64,000 nt of DNA, taken from positions 128,001-192,000 of the forward strand of contig CAVVHS010000002.1 in NCBI GenBank assembly GCA_963748215.1, in the 5' to 3' direction. The stretch comes from an uncultured Gammaproteobacteria bacterium. Lineage in GTDB: Bacteria; Pseudomonadota; Gammaproteobacteria; UBA9214. Made by a program: the position numbers and the translations under genes. The notes under the pieces were generated by a model. The model was not told where the DNA came from. It searched no databases and was given only the letters and a program-made list of their open reading frames with translations. Positions 1 through 9,439 of this stretch are shown piece by piece; positions within the stretch are counted from its first letter, which is position 1; every line of letters starts with the position of its first letter.

Positions 1-1555
1 ATACCGCGTATCGACGGCCGCGCTCGATTGCCACGGCCTTCTGCAGCGCCCGATCGAACCAGAGCGGAACTTCCGGGTTGATCTGCGATGCCGACCTGTA
101 ACGCGCCCGGCGCAACCGGCGAAGCGTGAGTTCGTCTTTGCCATAGGGTAGCTGGCCTGTGACCAGCTCGTAGGCAACCACGCCTAGCGAATAGATGTCG
201 GAGATATTGTCACCCCGCAGGCCCTGCAGATATTCCGGCGCCGTATAGTTGCGCGTACCCAACAGATTATCACGTGCCAATGGCGTGGTGATCTCCTCGA
301 TACCGGCAATGCGCGTGGACCCGAAATCGATGATTTTCACGGTGCCGTAGCGATCGATCATGATGTTCTCGGGCTTGAGGTCCTGATGCACCATCTCAAG
401 ACGGTGAAATGCGCGCAGTCCGGCGGCAATCTGCTGAACGATCTCGCGCACATCCTCGAGGGCCGGTTGCGGGTTATCGTTCATCCACTGGCGCAGCGTC
501 CAGCCATCGATGAATTCGGAAACATAATACAGGCACTGGCGCCGGCCATGCGGCTCGAACACCTTGAGAACGTGCTGGTTGCGTATGCGCCGACCGGCCC
601 ATTCCTCATGCAGGAAACCGTCGATGTATTCGGCATCGTCACTATAGTTAACCGACGGCGTCTTCAGGATGACCTTGCGATCGGTTTGTCCATCAACGGC
701 CAGATACACCTGCGTGCGATTGCTGGCATGCAGCTCGCGCACGACCTTGTACCCATCCAGCACCATGCCAGGCTCCAGCGCCGGTGGAAAAAGCAGTTCG
801 GAGAATTTCTGATAAAATTCGTTCTCATCAAGATCGGGTAACTGGTCGATATGCAACACCTGGCAAGTTACGTTGTCATGACTGCCATTGGCCAGCGCCT
901 GCTCCGCGATGCGACGGGCCTTTGTATCCGGATCGCTGTGTCGATCGTAGATGAAAGCGGCCAGCGCCGTGTCATCCAGGTAGTCATGCACACCGTCCGT
1001 GGTGAGCAGGTAGATATCATCCTGTTCTACCGGCAGCGCACGATAATCGATTTCCATGTGCAGTTCGATGCCCATGGCACGACTCAAGACATTCTTGTCC
1101 GAGCCGAGACGGACGCGGTGATCACGCGTAAGACATTCCAGGCTACCCCTGCGCATGCGGTAGATACGCGTGTCTCCGACATGGAACAGGTGCACAGTGG
1201 CCGACTTGATAACCAACACGCTTAGCGTGGTAACCATGGCCTGCGTGGATTCGTATTCACGGTGGCCCTGCCCGTACAGCCAGCGATTGAGTGCGGTAAG
1301 TACCTTGGCTCCCGCCGTCTCGGTGCTCCACGATTCCGGCGTGGTGAAATAGTCAGCGAGAAAGCCGGTTACACAGGCCTCGGATGCCAGCTTGCCGGCC
1401 TCGCTGCTGCTCACGCCATCGGCGATGACCGCGGCAACACCCTTGGTCCTGAGCAACGCAGCATCCGGCATACGGATCCCGCAGCTGTCGTCGTTGCTAT
1501 CCTTGTTGCCGGCAGTACTGTATTGACCGCAGGTTATTTTCAGGGCGGATGACAT
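1..1555 (-). CDS. Bifunctional PP2C-type phosphatase / Ser-Thr kinase (runs off the left edge)
   Basis: Manual translation from ATG at 1555 gives MSSALKITCGQYS..NDDSCG..AVIADGVSS..HVGDTRIY..LTTDGVHD (PP2C motifs). Kinase motifs follow: HQDLKPEN, KIIDFGS, GTRNYTAPE, DIYSLGV. Confidence 0.9.
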   Translation of the reverse strand, partial: MSSALKITCGQYSTAGNKDSNDDSCGIRMPDAALLRTKGVAAVIADGVSSSEAGKLASEACVTGFLADYFTTPESWSTETAGAKVLTALNRWLYGQGHREYESTQAMVTTLSVLVIKSATVHLFHVGDTRIYRMRRGSLECLTRDHRVRLGSDKNVLSRAMGIELHMEIDYRALPVEQDDIYLLTTDGVHDYLDDTALAAFIYDRHSDPDTKARRIAEQALANGSHDNVTCQVLHIDQLPDLDENEFYQKFSELLFPPALEPGMVLDGYKVVRELHASNRTQVYLAVDGQTDRKVILKTPSVNYSDDAEYIDGFLHEEWAGRRIRNQHVLKVFEPHGRRQCLYYVSEFIDGWTLRQWMNDNPQPALEDVREIVQQIAAGLRAFHRLEMVHQDLKPENIMIDRYGTVKIIDFGSTRIAGIEEITTPLARDNLLGTRNYTAPEYLQGLRGDNISDIYSLGVVAYELVTGQLPYGKDELTLRRLRRARYRSASQINPEVPLWFDRALQKAVAIERGRRYAV

Positions 1556-1734
1556 GTTTATAACCGTGATACGTGACTGGTTAAACCTTATACTGGTTTA
1601 TCGGCTTCCGATCCCGAGCAGAACCAGGGCCGGATCCTGTATTCCCGAAGGATACAGCGATCGGGCCCTGTGCATGTATCACCTTTGGCGTTTTACATAG
1701 GGTCTGATGCCTTTCCGGACACGGCGGCAGGCCC

Positions 1735-3204
1735 CTAGGTCACCTCGATCATCTGCACCGTCCCGTCGGGCAACACTTCTGCCATATGTCCCTGCGGCTC
1801 ATCCAGAAACAGCGCCACGGCCGCCAGCGTCACCACGGCGGCAGCGGCGATCACCATGAAGAACACCTGCGGAGACACAAACGAAAGCACGGTCAGGAAG
1901 CTCACGGCTCCGACGTTGCCATAGGCACCGGCCATACCCGCCACCTGACCGGTGAGGCGGCGCTTCACCAGTGGCACCATGGCGAACACCGCGCCCTCAC
2001 CTGACTGTACGAAAAAGGAGCAGACCATGGTCATGGCGACAGCGAGCATAACCGGCCAGCTGGAATCGATCTGGCTCATGAACAGGTACCCGGCCGCCAG
2101 TCCCGTCAGGAGTACCAGCAGGGTCTTCTTGCGTCCGAAACGGTCACTGATCAGACCACCACCGGGACGCGCGACCAGGTTCATGAAGGCGTAGCCGGAG
2201 GCGAGCAGGCCGGCCTGCACCAGCGACAATTCGAAGGTGTCCTTGAAAAACAGCGGCAGCATCGAGACCACGGCCAGTTCCGAGCCGAATGTCACCAGGT
2301 AGGCGAGGTCCAGTATGGCGACCTGCTTGAACTTGTAGCGTTCGAATTCGGGAACCTCGCCGGTAAACACATGCCGGTTGACCTGATAGATGCGCACGGT
2401 CTGAAAGATATACAGACCGACCAGTACCGCATAGCTCAGGTTGGTCGCACCGGCATCGAGTAATTTCAGGTTGGCCGGCCCAAGCTTCCAGGCCAGCACG
2501 GCCAGCGCGGCATACAACGGAATGTTCATGACCAGATAGAGAAAGAAATCACCGCGGCTGGTCACTTCCATGCCGCCGTTCTTCTTCGGCTTGAAATAAG
2601 TCGAACCCTTGGGGGTATCGCTCACCGAGAAGAAATAGACTGCCGAGTACACCAGCGTCAGCACGCCGGTGAGGGCGATAGCATGGCGCCAGCCATCTTC
2701 ACCACCCAGCCACAATGCCAGTGTCGGCAGGCTGAGTGCCGCCGCAGCCGAGCCAAAGTTGCCCCAGCCACCATAGACGCCCTCGGCGACACCCACCTGC
2801 CGAGCCGGAAACCATTCGCCGATCATGCGGATGCCGATCACGAATCCCGCCCCGACGAAGCCCAGCAGGAAGCGCATCAACGCCAGACGCTCAAAGGTGT
2901 CCGCGAATGCAAATCCGAAACACAGGAAACTGGAAACGAACAGCAAGAGCGAATAGATACGACGCGGCCCGAAGGCGTCCACCAGCATGCCGATAATGAT
3001 GCGCGCCGGGATGGTCAATGCCACGTTGAGGATCAGCAGCATTTTCACCTGCTGGTCAGACAGCCCGAAGGCGTCGCGAATCGACGCCATCACGGGAGCG
3101 TGGTTGAACCACACGAAGAAGGACAGGAAAAACGCGAACCAGGTCAGATGCAGGATCTGATATTTCCCGGAAAACGATAACAGCTTGAGCCTGGACTCCG
3201 ACAT
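1735..3204 (-). CDS. narK: NarK/NRT2-family MFS nitrate/nitrite transporter
   Basis: Nitrate signature motifs GGWGNFG and AGAYGNVG, with multi-TM MFS hydrophobicity. Start MSESRLK follows an AAGGAG RBS. Confidence 0.92.
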   Translation of the reverse strand: MSESRLKLLSFSGKYQILHLTWFAFFLSFFVWFNHAPVMASIRDAFGLSDQQVKMLLILNVALTIPARIIIGMLVDAFGPRRIYSLLLFVSSFLCFGFAFADTFERLALMRFLLGFVGAGFVIGIRMIGEWFPARQVGVAEGVYGGWGNFGSAAAALSLPTLALWLGGEDGWRHAIALTGVLTLVYSAVYFFSVSDTPKGSTYFKPKKNGGMEVTSRGDFFLYLVMNIPLYAALAVLAWKLGPANLKLLDAGATNLSYAVLVGLYIFQTVRIYQVNRHVFTGEVPEFERYKFKQVAILDLAYLVTFGSELAVVSMLPLFFKDTFELSLVQAGLLASGYAFMNLVARPGGGLISDRFGRKKTLLVLLTGLAAGYLFMSQIDSSWPVMLAVAMTMVCSFFVQSGEGAVFAMVPLVKRRLTGQVAGMAGAYGNVGAVSFLTVLSFVSPQVFFMVIAAAAVVTLAAVALFLDEPQGHMAEVLPDGTVQMIEVT

Positions 3205-3260
3205 AAATACTCCTTTACGGTGATGCATCCGACGCCGGATGCCATGTTCAGGAGAGTTAG

Positions 3261-3276
3261 AGCAAGGAGCATGCCA
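3261..3276 (-). promoter_or_regulatory. sigma54 (-24/-12) promoter of narK
   Basis: Minus strand reads TGGCATGCTCCTTGCT, matching TGGCAC-N5-TTGCW, about 57 bp upstream of the start. Confidence 0.8.
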
Positions 3277-3472
3277 GCTCCACCGACACAACAGTATGGC
3301 GCGCTGATGCGTTCGCCGGCCAGTAACGTTGTTTACTGGATTTCATTGTTTGTATCTGCACTTAAGTCAATTGAACAGGGCGTGGAGTCGCGCTTGTCGT
3401 GCCGCCGAACAAGTGCATCATTGCAAGCACGTGGCGGTGATCTGCCTGCAGGCAGTGCATGAAATACATATT

Positions 3473-3489
3473 GGCACCAGCCTGGTGCG
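3473..3489. promoter_or_regulatory. NtrC-like enhancer site
   Basis: GGCACCAGCCTGGTGCG resembles TGCACCA-N3-TGGTGCA and lies about 200 bp upstream of the narK sigma54 promoter. Confidence 0.55.
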
Positions 3490-3843
3490 GCCATATCAAG
3501 ACACTAGACCGGCCTGACAAGGGCAGAATACTTTGTTTGTGCAGGCAGGCTTCGGCAGGGGCACGCGCACACAGACGGTTCGTAGGCGCAATCGTGATCG
3601 TGTCGGCAACCATCGCGCCGTCAGCATTGCCGGGCCGCCGTCATACCTGCCACATCCTCAGGAGCTTTACCGCCAGTGCCGGCGCTTGTGATCCCGACTT
3701 CGAAGCCTCCTGTGCGCAGGTATAACGCAACGCGTGAACACTGTGCATCAAACCGGTGCCAGCCTGCCTTCCCGCCTGTCGCACGACCGATGCAAAGCGA
3801 ATGGCGTAAATGCAGCATATTAAAGGTGCATATTACTGGCCGG

Positions 3844-3860
3844 TGCGCCAACTTGGTGCA
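3844..3860. promoter_or_regulatory. NtrC-like enhancer site
   Basis: TGCGCCAACTTGGTGCA has one mismatch to the consensus and lies about 100 bp upstream of the nirB sigma54 promoter. Confidence 0.7.
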
Positions 3861-3959
3861 AAAAGTGGCGATGTTACACCCGGCCGCCAGTCCGGGCCGC
3901 ACCAAAATAGCAAATTTGATTCAGGGGCTTACAGATTTTCACCGGACAAACCACCGCGC

Positions 3960-3975
3960 TGGTACGGACCTTGCA
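3960..3975 (+). promoter_or_regulatory. sigma54 promoter of the nirB operon
   Basis: TGGTACGGACCTTGCA, 42 bp upstream of the nirB ATG. Confidence 0.8.
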
Positions 3976-4017
3976 AATTTCCCGCTAATGCATCGGTAAC
4001 AAGCACAGGAAACGGCT

Positions 4018-6450
4018 ATGAAGGAAAAACTCGTCCTGGTAGGCAACGGCATGGCCGGCGTACGTACCCTCGAGGAACTGCTCAAGCTCGCACCGGAACG
4101 TTATGACATCACGGTGTTCGGCGCCGAGCCATACGGCAACTACAACCGGATCATGCTGTCACCCGTGCTGGCCGGCGAGAAAACCATCGATGACATCATG
4201 CTCAACGACGAGCAATGGTATATCGATAATGGTATCAGCCTGCACAAGGGCAAGACCGTTACCCGCATCGACAGGCTGCGGCGCCAGGTGATCGCCGATG
4301 ACAGTACCACGGCACACTATGACCGCCTGCTGCTGGCGACCGGCTCCAACCCGTTCATCATCCCGGTACAGGGACACGACAAGGACGGGGTGATTGCCTT
4401 CCGCGACATCCACGATGTCGACACCATGCTGGCGGCTTCGCGCGACTACAGGAAGGCCGTGGTAATCGGTGGCGGCCTGCTCGGACTGGAAGCCGCCAAC
4501 GGCCTGATGAAACAGGGCATGGAGGTGACCGTCGTGCACCTGCTCGACTCGCTGATGGAACGCCAGCTCGACAAGCCGGCGTCGGGGCTGCTCAAGCGCT
4601 CGCTGGAACAGCGCGGCATGACCTTTTTAATGGAAGCCCAGACCAGCGAGATCCTCGGCAACGGCCGCGTCCGCGGCGTGCGTTTCAAGGATGGCAGCGA
4701 AGTCGAGGCCGACCTGGTGGTAATGGGTGTCGGCATCGTGCCGAATGCCGCCCTGGCGAAGAGTGCCGGCCTGTACTGCGAGCGCGGCATCGTGGTGAAC
4801 GACGTCATGCAGACGTACGACCCGCGCATCTACGCGGTCGGCGAATGCGCTCAGCATCGCGGCATCGCCTACGGCCTGGTCGCGCCACTGTTCGAGCAGG
4901 GCAAGGTTGCGGCCAACCAGCTCGCCGGCCTTGGCTATTCCCATTACAAGGGCTCGGTCACCTCGACCAAGCTCAAGGTCACCGGCATCGACCTGTTCTC
5001 GGCCGGCGAGTTCAACGAATCCGAGGGCGACGAGGTACTGGTATTGCAGGACGATGCCGCCGGCAACTACAAGAAACTGGTCATCCGCGACAACCGGGTC
5101 AAGGGTGCGGTGCTGTACGGCGATACCATCGACGGCAGCTGGTACTTTCAGCTGATGCGTGAGGGCACTGGCATCGCGGATTTTCGCAAGACCCTGCTGT
5201 TCGGCCAGCACGACCTGGGTGACGCCGGCCACGGCGACGAGACGCGTGTCATGTCGCTGCCCGACTCGGCAGAGATCTGCGGCTGCAACGGCGTGTGCAA
5301 GGGCGATATCGTCAAGGCCATCAGCAAGCAGGGCCTGTTCACGCTGGATGATGTCCGCGCCCACACCAAGGCCTCCAGTTCCTGCGGTTCCTGCACCGGC
5401 CTGGTAGAGGCGCTGCTCGCCAGCACGGTGGGCGAAGGCTACGATGCCTCGCTCAACAGGAAACCGATGTGCAAGTGCACCCAGTACAGCCACGACGAGG
5501 TGATCGCTGCCATCAAGCAAAACGAACTGAAGGCCATGCCTGCGGTACGCAATTTCCTGGAGTGGAAGAACCCGGACGGTTGCGCCGCCTGCCGCCCGGC
5601 ACTCAATTACTACCTGCTGGCCTACTGGCCCGGCGAATACCGGGACGATGCGCAGTCGCGCTTCATCAACGAGCGCGCGCACGGCAACATCCAGAAGGAC
5701 GGCACCTACTCGGTGGTGCCGCGCATGTTCGGCGGGCTGTGCAAGCCGGACGAGCTGCGCGCCATCGCCGATGCCTGTGACAAGTACCAGGTACCGGAGG
5801 TCAAGGTCACCGGCGGCCAGCGTATCGACATGTTCGGCGTGAAAAAGGAAGACCTGCCGCTGATGTGGAAGGACCTGTCCGAGGCCGGCCTGGTCTCGGG
5901 TCATGCCTATGCCAAGGCGTTGCGCACGGTGAAGACCTGTGCCGGCAAGACCTGGTGTCGATTCGGTACCCAGGACTCGACCGGGCTTGGCGTGCAGCTG
6001 GAGCAGATGACCTGGGGCTCGTGGATGCCGCATAAATACAAGATGGCGGTGTCGGGCTGTCCGCGCAACTGTGCCGAGGCCACCATCAAGGACTTCGGCG
6101 TGGTGTGCGTCGACTCCGGTTACGAATTGCACATCGGCGGCAACGGTGGCATCAAGGTGCGCATCACCGACCTGCTCACCAAGGTCGAGACCGAGGAACA
6201 GGTGAAGGAATACTGCGGCGCGTTTACCCAGCTGTACCGCGAGGAAGCTCACTACCTGGAACGCACCGCCCCCTGGGTTGAACGTGTCAGCCTGAGCTAT
6301 ATCAAGGGCAGGATCCTGGAAGACGCGGAAGACCGCAAGGCACTGTACGAGCGATTCCTGTATTCACAGCAGTTCTCGCAGACCGACCCCTGGAAGGAAC
6401 GCGCCGACGGTTTCGCAGCACACGAGTTCACGCCCCTGAAGATCGCGTAA
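4018..6450 (+). CDS. nirB: NAD(P)H-dependent assimilatory nitrite reductase large subunit
   Basis: GNGMAG FAD motif, GGGLLGLE NAD motif, BFD-like CGCNGV/CGSC clusters and siroheme motif SGCPRNC. Confidence 0.96.
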   Translation: MKEKLVLVGNGMAGVRTLEELLKLAPERYDITVFGAEPYGNYNRIMLSPVLAGEKTIDDIMLNDEQWYIDNGISLHKGKTVTRIDRLRRQVIADDSTTAHYDRLLLATGSNPFIIPVQGHDKDGVIAFRDIHDVDTMLAASRDYRKAVVIGGGLLGLEAANGLMKQGMEVTVVHLLDSLMERQLDKPASGLLKRSLEQRGMTFLMEAQTSEILGNGRVRGVRFKDGSEVEADLVVMGVGIVPNAALAKSAGLYCERGIVVNDVMQTYDPRIYAVGECAQHRGIAYGLVAPLFEQGKVAANQLAGLGYSHYKGSVTSTKLKVTGIDLFSAGEFNESEGDEVLVLQDDAAGNYKKLVIRDNRVKGAVLYGDTIDGSWYFQLMREGTGIADFRKTLLFGQHDLGDAGHGDETRVMSLPDSAEICGCNGVCKGDIVKAISKQGLFTLDDVRAHTKASSSCGSCTGLVEALLASTVGEGYDASLNRKPMCKCTQYSHDEVIAAIKQNELKAMPAVRNFLEWKNPDGCAACRPALNYYLLAYWPGEYRDDAQSRFINERAHGNIQKDGTYSVVPRMFGGLCKPDELRAIADACDKYQVPEVKVTGGQRIDMFGVKKEDLPLMWKDLSEAGLVSGHAYAKALRTVKTCAGKTWCRFGTQDSTGLGVQLEQMTWGSWMPHKYKMAVSGCPRNCAEATIKDFGVVCVDSGYELHIGGNGGIKVRITDLLTKVETEEQVKEYCGAFTQLYREEAHYLERTAPWVERVSLSYIKGRILEDAEDRKALYERFLYSQQFSQTDPWKERADGFAAHEFTPLKIA

Positions 6451-6485
6451 CAAACCCATTGCCACAGAGATACGGAGCCATAGAG

Positions 6486-6659
6486 ATGAAGATTAAAATT
6501 GACGTCAACCTTGAACTGGGCTTGCAGGAATACGGTCTGCAACAAGCCGAAAAATCGATTCCGGAAAGCGTACGCCGCCCTGATTGGATGGAAATAACGG
6601 AATACGAAGCACCTGCACAAGCTGCATTCAGGACGTATTCAAAAAAGGCGTTACATTGA
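6486..6659 (+). other. 57-codon ORF of unknown status inside an inverted-repeat-bounded insert
   Basis: ATG with upstream GGAG, in an AT-richer stretch flanked by GCCACAGAG (6461-6469) and CTCTGTGGC (6681-6689). Confidence 0.35.
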
Positions 6660-6711
6660 TTTCCCTGTGTACTCCATGCCCTCTGTGGCGAATCCTGTGA
6701 AAGGTAGCACC

Positions 6712-7041
6712 ATGACCAACTGGACTGAAATCGCAAAGCTGGAAGACATCCCGCGACTCGGCGCACGTGTGCTGAAAACCGACACCATCAACATCGCGCT
6801 GTTTCGTACCGCGCTGGATGAAGTGTTCGCCATCAGGGACGAGTGCCCGCACCGCGGGGGACCGCTGTCGCAGGGCATCGTGCATGGCACCTCGGTGAGC
6901 TGCCCGCTGCACAACTGGAAGATCGATCTGGCCAGCGGTCAGGCGCTGGGTCCGGATGAAGGCTGCACCAATACCTTTGCCACCCGGGTCGAGAATGGCC
7001 GGGTTTACCTGGCGCTGAAAGCCGACGAGGTCGCCGCGTGA
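6712..7041 (+). CDS. nirD: Nitrite reductase small (Rieske) subunit
   Basis: Rieske motifs CPHRGGPL and CPLHNW, downstream of nirB. Confidence 0.93.
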   Translation: MTNWTEIAKLEDIPRLGARVLKTDTINIALFRTALDEVFAIRDECPHRGGPLSQGIVHGTSVSCPLHNWKIDLASGQALGPDEGCTNTFATRVENGRVYLALKADEVAA

Positions 7042-7062
7042 GCGTGCTGCTAGAAATAGCCT

Positions 7063-7127
7063 GTAGGAGCGGATCTCATCCGCGACTCTGTTAACCATTC
7101 TCAACCGCGCATGAGATGCGCTCCTAC
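7063..7127. repeat. GTAG-type REP inverted pair (REPIN-like)
   Basis: GTAGGAGCGGATCTCATCCGCGA ... CGCGCATGAGATGCGCTCCTAC. Confidence 0.85.
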
Positions 7128-7144
7128 GCGTAACAGGAAATCCC

Positions 7145-9331
7145 ATGCTATTCGGTCGCAACAAGAAGAACCCGGTAAAAATCGCCGACAAGGGTGTCAT
7201 GGAATGGCGATATGCCACCTGCGGCTATTGCTCCACCGGCTGCTCGATCGAGGTGGGACTGGATGCCGACGGTGAACCGGTCGCCTCGCGCGGCGTTGCA
7301 GATGCCGACGTAAATCGCGGCAAGCTGTGCATCAAGGGCATCTTCGAACACGAACTGTTCCGCAAGACCGCCGGGCGCGGCGACCGGCCGCTGATCCGCG
7401 ACAAGCGCTGGGAAGCCTTCACCGAAACAAGCTGGGACGTTGCGCTGGATAAAACAACCGACGAGATCAAGCGTATCCAGCAGATGTACGGACGCGACGC
7501 ATTTTCCATCGTCTCCACCGGCCAGATCATGACCGAGGAGTTCTACACGCTGGGCAAGCTGGCGCGCGGCGTCATCGGCACCAACAACTACGACGGCAAC
7601 ACCACGCTGTGCATGTCATCGGCAGTATCCGGCTACAAGCGCTCGTTCGGGTCCGACGGCCCGCCCGGCTGCTACGACGATTTCGAGCACACCGACTGCC
7701 TGCTGGCGTTCGGTTCCAACCTGCCGGAACAGCACCCGATCATCTACTGGCGCCTGCAGCAGGTGCGCGAGCAGCGGAAATTCCCGATTATCGTGGTCGA
7801 TCCGCGCGTGACCATGTTCGCGCAGTTTGCCGACATTCACCTGCCCGTGGCGCCCGGCACCGACCTGGTGCTGCTCAACGCGCTGGCGCACGTGATCCTC
7901 GAGGAAGGACTGGAGGATCGCGGCTATATCGAGGCACACACGCAGGACTTTGATGAATTCGCCGCTCTGGTGCAGGATTACGACCCGGTCATGGCCTCCG
8001 GCATCTGCGGCATCGATGCAGACACCATCCGCAATGTCGCGCGCGTATACGGCAAGGCCAGTGCCGCCATGACCATCTGGACCATGGGCATCAACCAGAG
8101 CACGCATGGCTCCGACGGCGTGGTGGCGATCAACAACCTGAATCTCATCACGGGCAACATCGGCAAGCCCGGCGGCAGCTCGCTGTCCATCACCGGCCAG
8201 TGCAACGCCATGGGCACGCGCGAGTGGTCGTCCTGCTCCGGACTGCCCGGCTACCGTGCGCTGGAAAAGGAGCAGGATCGCGCGGAAATTGCGCAGTTCT
8301 GGGGCATCGATCCCGGGTTCTTTCCGAAACAGCGCGGCATGTTCATGACCGACATCCTGCCGGCCATCGAGACCGGCCAGATCAAGGGCCTGTGGCTGAT
8401 CGCCACCAACCCGATGACATCGATGGCGAACACCGCGCGCATCCGCAAGACACTCGAGAAGCTGGAATTCCTGGTGGTGCAGGACGCCTACCGCGATGTC
8501 GAAACCAACGAGTACAGCCACGTGTTCCTGCCGGCCGCGGTGTGGGCGGAAAAGGAGGGCTGCTTCACCAACACCGAGCGGCGCGTGAACCTGATCCGCA
8601 ATGTCTGCAAGCCGCACGGAGACTCTAAGACCGACCTGTGGATCTTCAACGAGACGGCCAGGCGTTTCGAACAGGGCCGTAAAATGCGCTTCCCGGAAAC
8701 CGCCGAGGGCGTATTCGACGAACTCAGGATACTGTCGAAGGGACGCATGCTCGACTACTCCGGCATGAGCTACGACAGGATCGAGGCCAGCCGCGGCATC
8801 CAGTGGCCCTGCAACGAAGAGACTGCACCGGAAGGCTCGCAGCGCCTGTACATCGACGGTGTCTTCCAGACCGCCAGCGGCCGGGCAAACCTGATCGCGC
8901 TGCCGTTCTTCGACGACAACGAGCGTCCCGACGCCGAATACCCGTTCTGGCTCAATTCAGGGCGCGTGGTGGAGCACTTCCACACCCGCACCCGCACCGG
9001 CAAGGTAAGCAACGCCAACAAGTTCAGCCCGACCCCGTACATGGAGATGAACCCGGATGCAGCCGCGGAACTCGGCATCACGCACGGCACGTATGCGCGC
9101 CTGACCTCGCGCCGCGGCGATGCCGTTGTGCTGGTGCAATGTACCCAGCGCGTGCCGCGCGATATGGTGTTCATCCCCTTCCATTACCACGAATGCGTGA
9201 ACCGCCTGTCGCTGGGGCTGCTCGATCCGCACTCGCGCCAGCCCGCCTACAAGCAATGTGCCGTACGCATCGAATCGGCCTGTGACCAGGCGGCCGCCGG
9301 CGAGCGCAATCGCGCCGCGAGGGCGTTCTGA
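7145..9331 (+). CDS. Mo-bisPGD nitrate reductase catalytic subunit (NasA/NarB-like, cytoplasmic)
   Basis: N-terminal CGYCSTGC..C 4Fe-4S motif, TLCMSS Mo-ligand Cys and GQCNAMG motif. No twin-arginine leader. Located in the nir operon. Confidence 0.85.
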   Translation: MLFGRNKKNPVKIADKGVMEWRYATCGYCSTGCSIEVGLDADGEPVASRGVADADVNRGKLCIKGIFEHELFRKTAGRGDRPLIRDKRWEAFTETSWDVALDKTTDEIKRIQQMYGRDAFSIVSTGQIMTEEFYTLGKLARGVIGTNNYDGNTTLCMSSAVSGYKRSFGSDGPPGCYDDFEHTDCLLAFGSNLPEQHPIIYWRLQQVREQRKFPIIVVDPRVTMFAQFADIHLPVAPGTDLVLLNALAHVILEEGLEDRGYIEAHTQDFDEFAALVQDYDPVMASGICGIDADTIRNVARVYGKASAAMTIWTMGINQSTHGSDGVVAINNLNLITGNIGKPGGSSLSITGQCNAMGTREWSSCSGLPGYRALEKEQDRAEIAQFWGIDPGFFPKQRGMFMTDILPAIETGQIKGLWLIATNPMTSMANTARIRKTLEKLEFLVVQDAYRDVETNEYSHVFLPAAVWAEKEGCFTNTERRVNLIRNVCKPHGDSKTDLWIFNETARRFEQGRKMRFPETAEGVFDELRILSKGRMLDYSGMSYDRIEASRGIQWPCNEETAPEGSQRLYIDGVFQTASGRANLIALPFFDDNERPDAEYPFWLNSGRVVEHFHTRTRTGKVSNANKFSPTPYMEMNPDAAAELGITHGTYARLTSRRGDAVVLVQCTQRVPRDMVFIPFHYHECVNRLSLGLLDPHSRQPAYKQCAVRIESACDQAAAGERNRAARAF

Positions 9332-9351
9332 TGGCTGTCACACGCTTTCCT

Positions 9352-9414
9352 GCAGGAGCGCATCTCATGCGCGATGTATTGATAACACCTGTCGCGGATG
9401 AGATCCGCTCCTAC
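9352..9414. repeat. GTAG-type REP inverted pair (REPIN-like)
   Basis: GCAGGAGCGCATCTCATGCGCGA ... TCGCGGATGAGATCCGCTCCTAC, the same family as 7063-7127. Confidence 0.85.
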
Positions 9415-9439
9415 AAAAACATATCTCTTTTGTACAACC

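Noticed and set aside
3976-4017. NasT/ANTAR antitermination leader before nirB
   Set aside because: The leader is too short and shows no dual hairpin or terminator.
9398-9439. Upstream start for the FeS/DmsC fusion
   Set aside because: That ATG lies inside a REP. ATG 9440 is more plausible.
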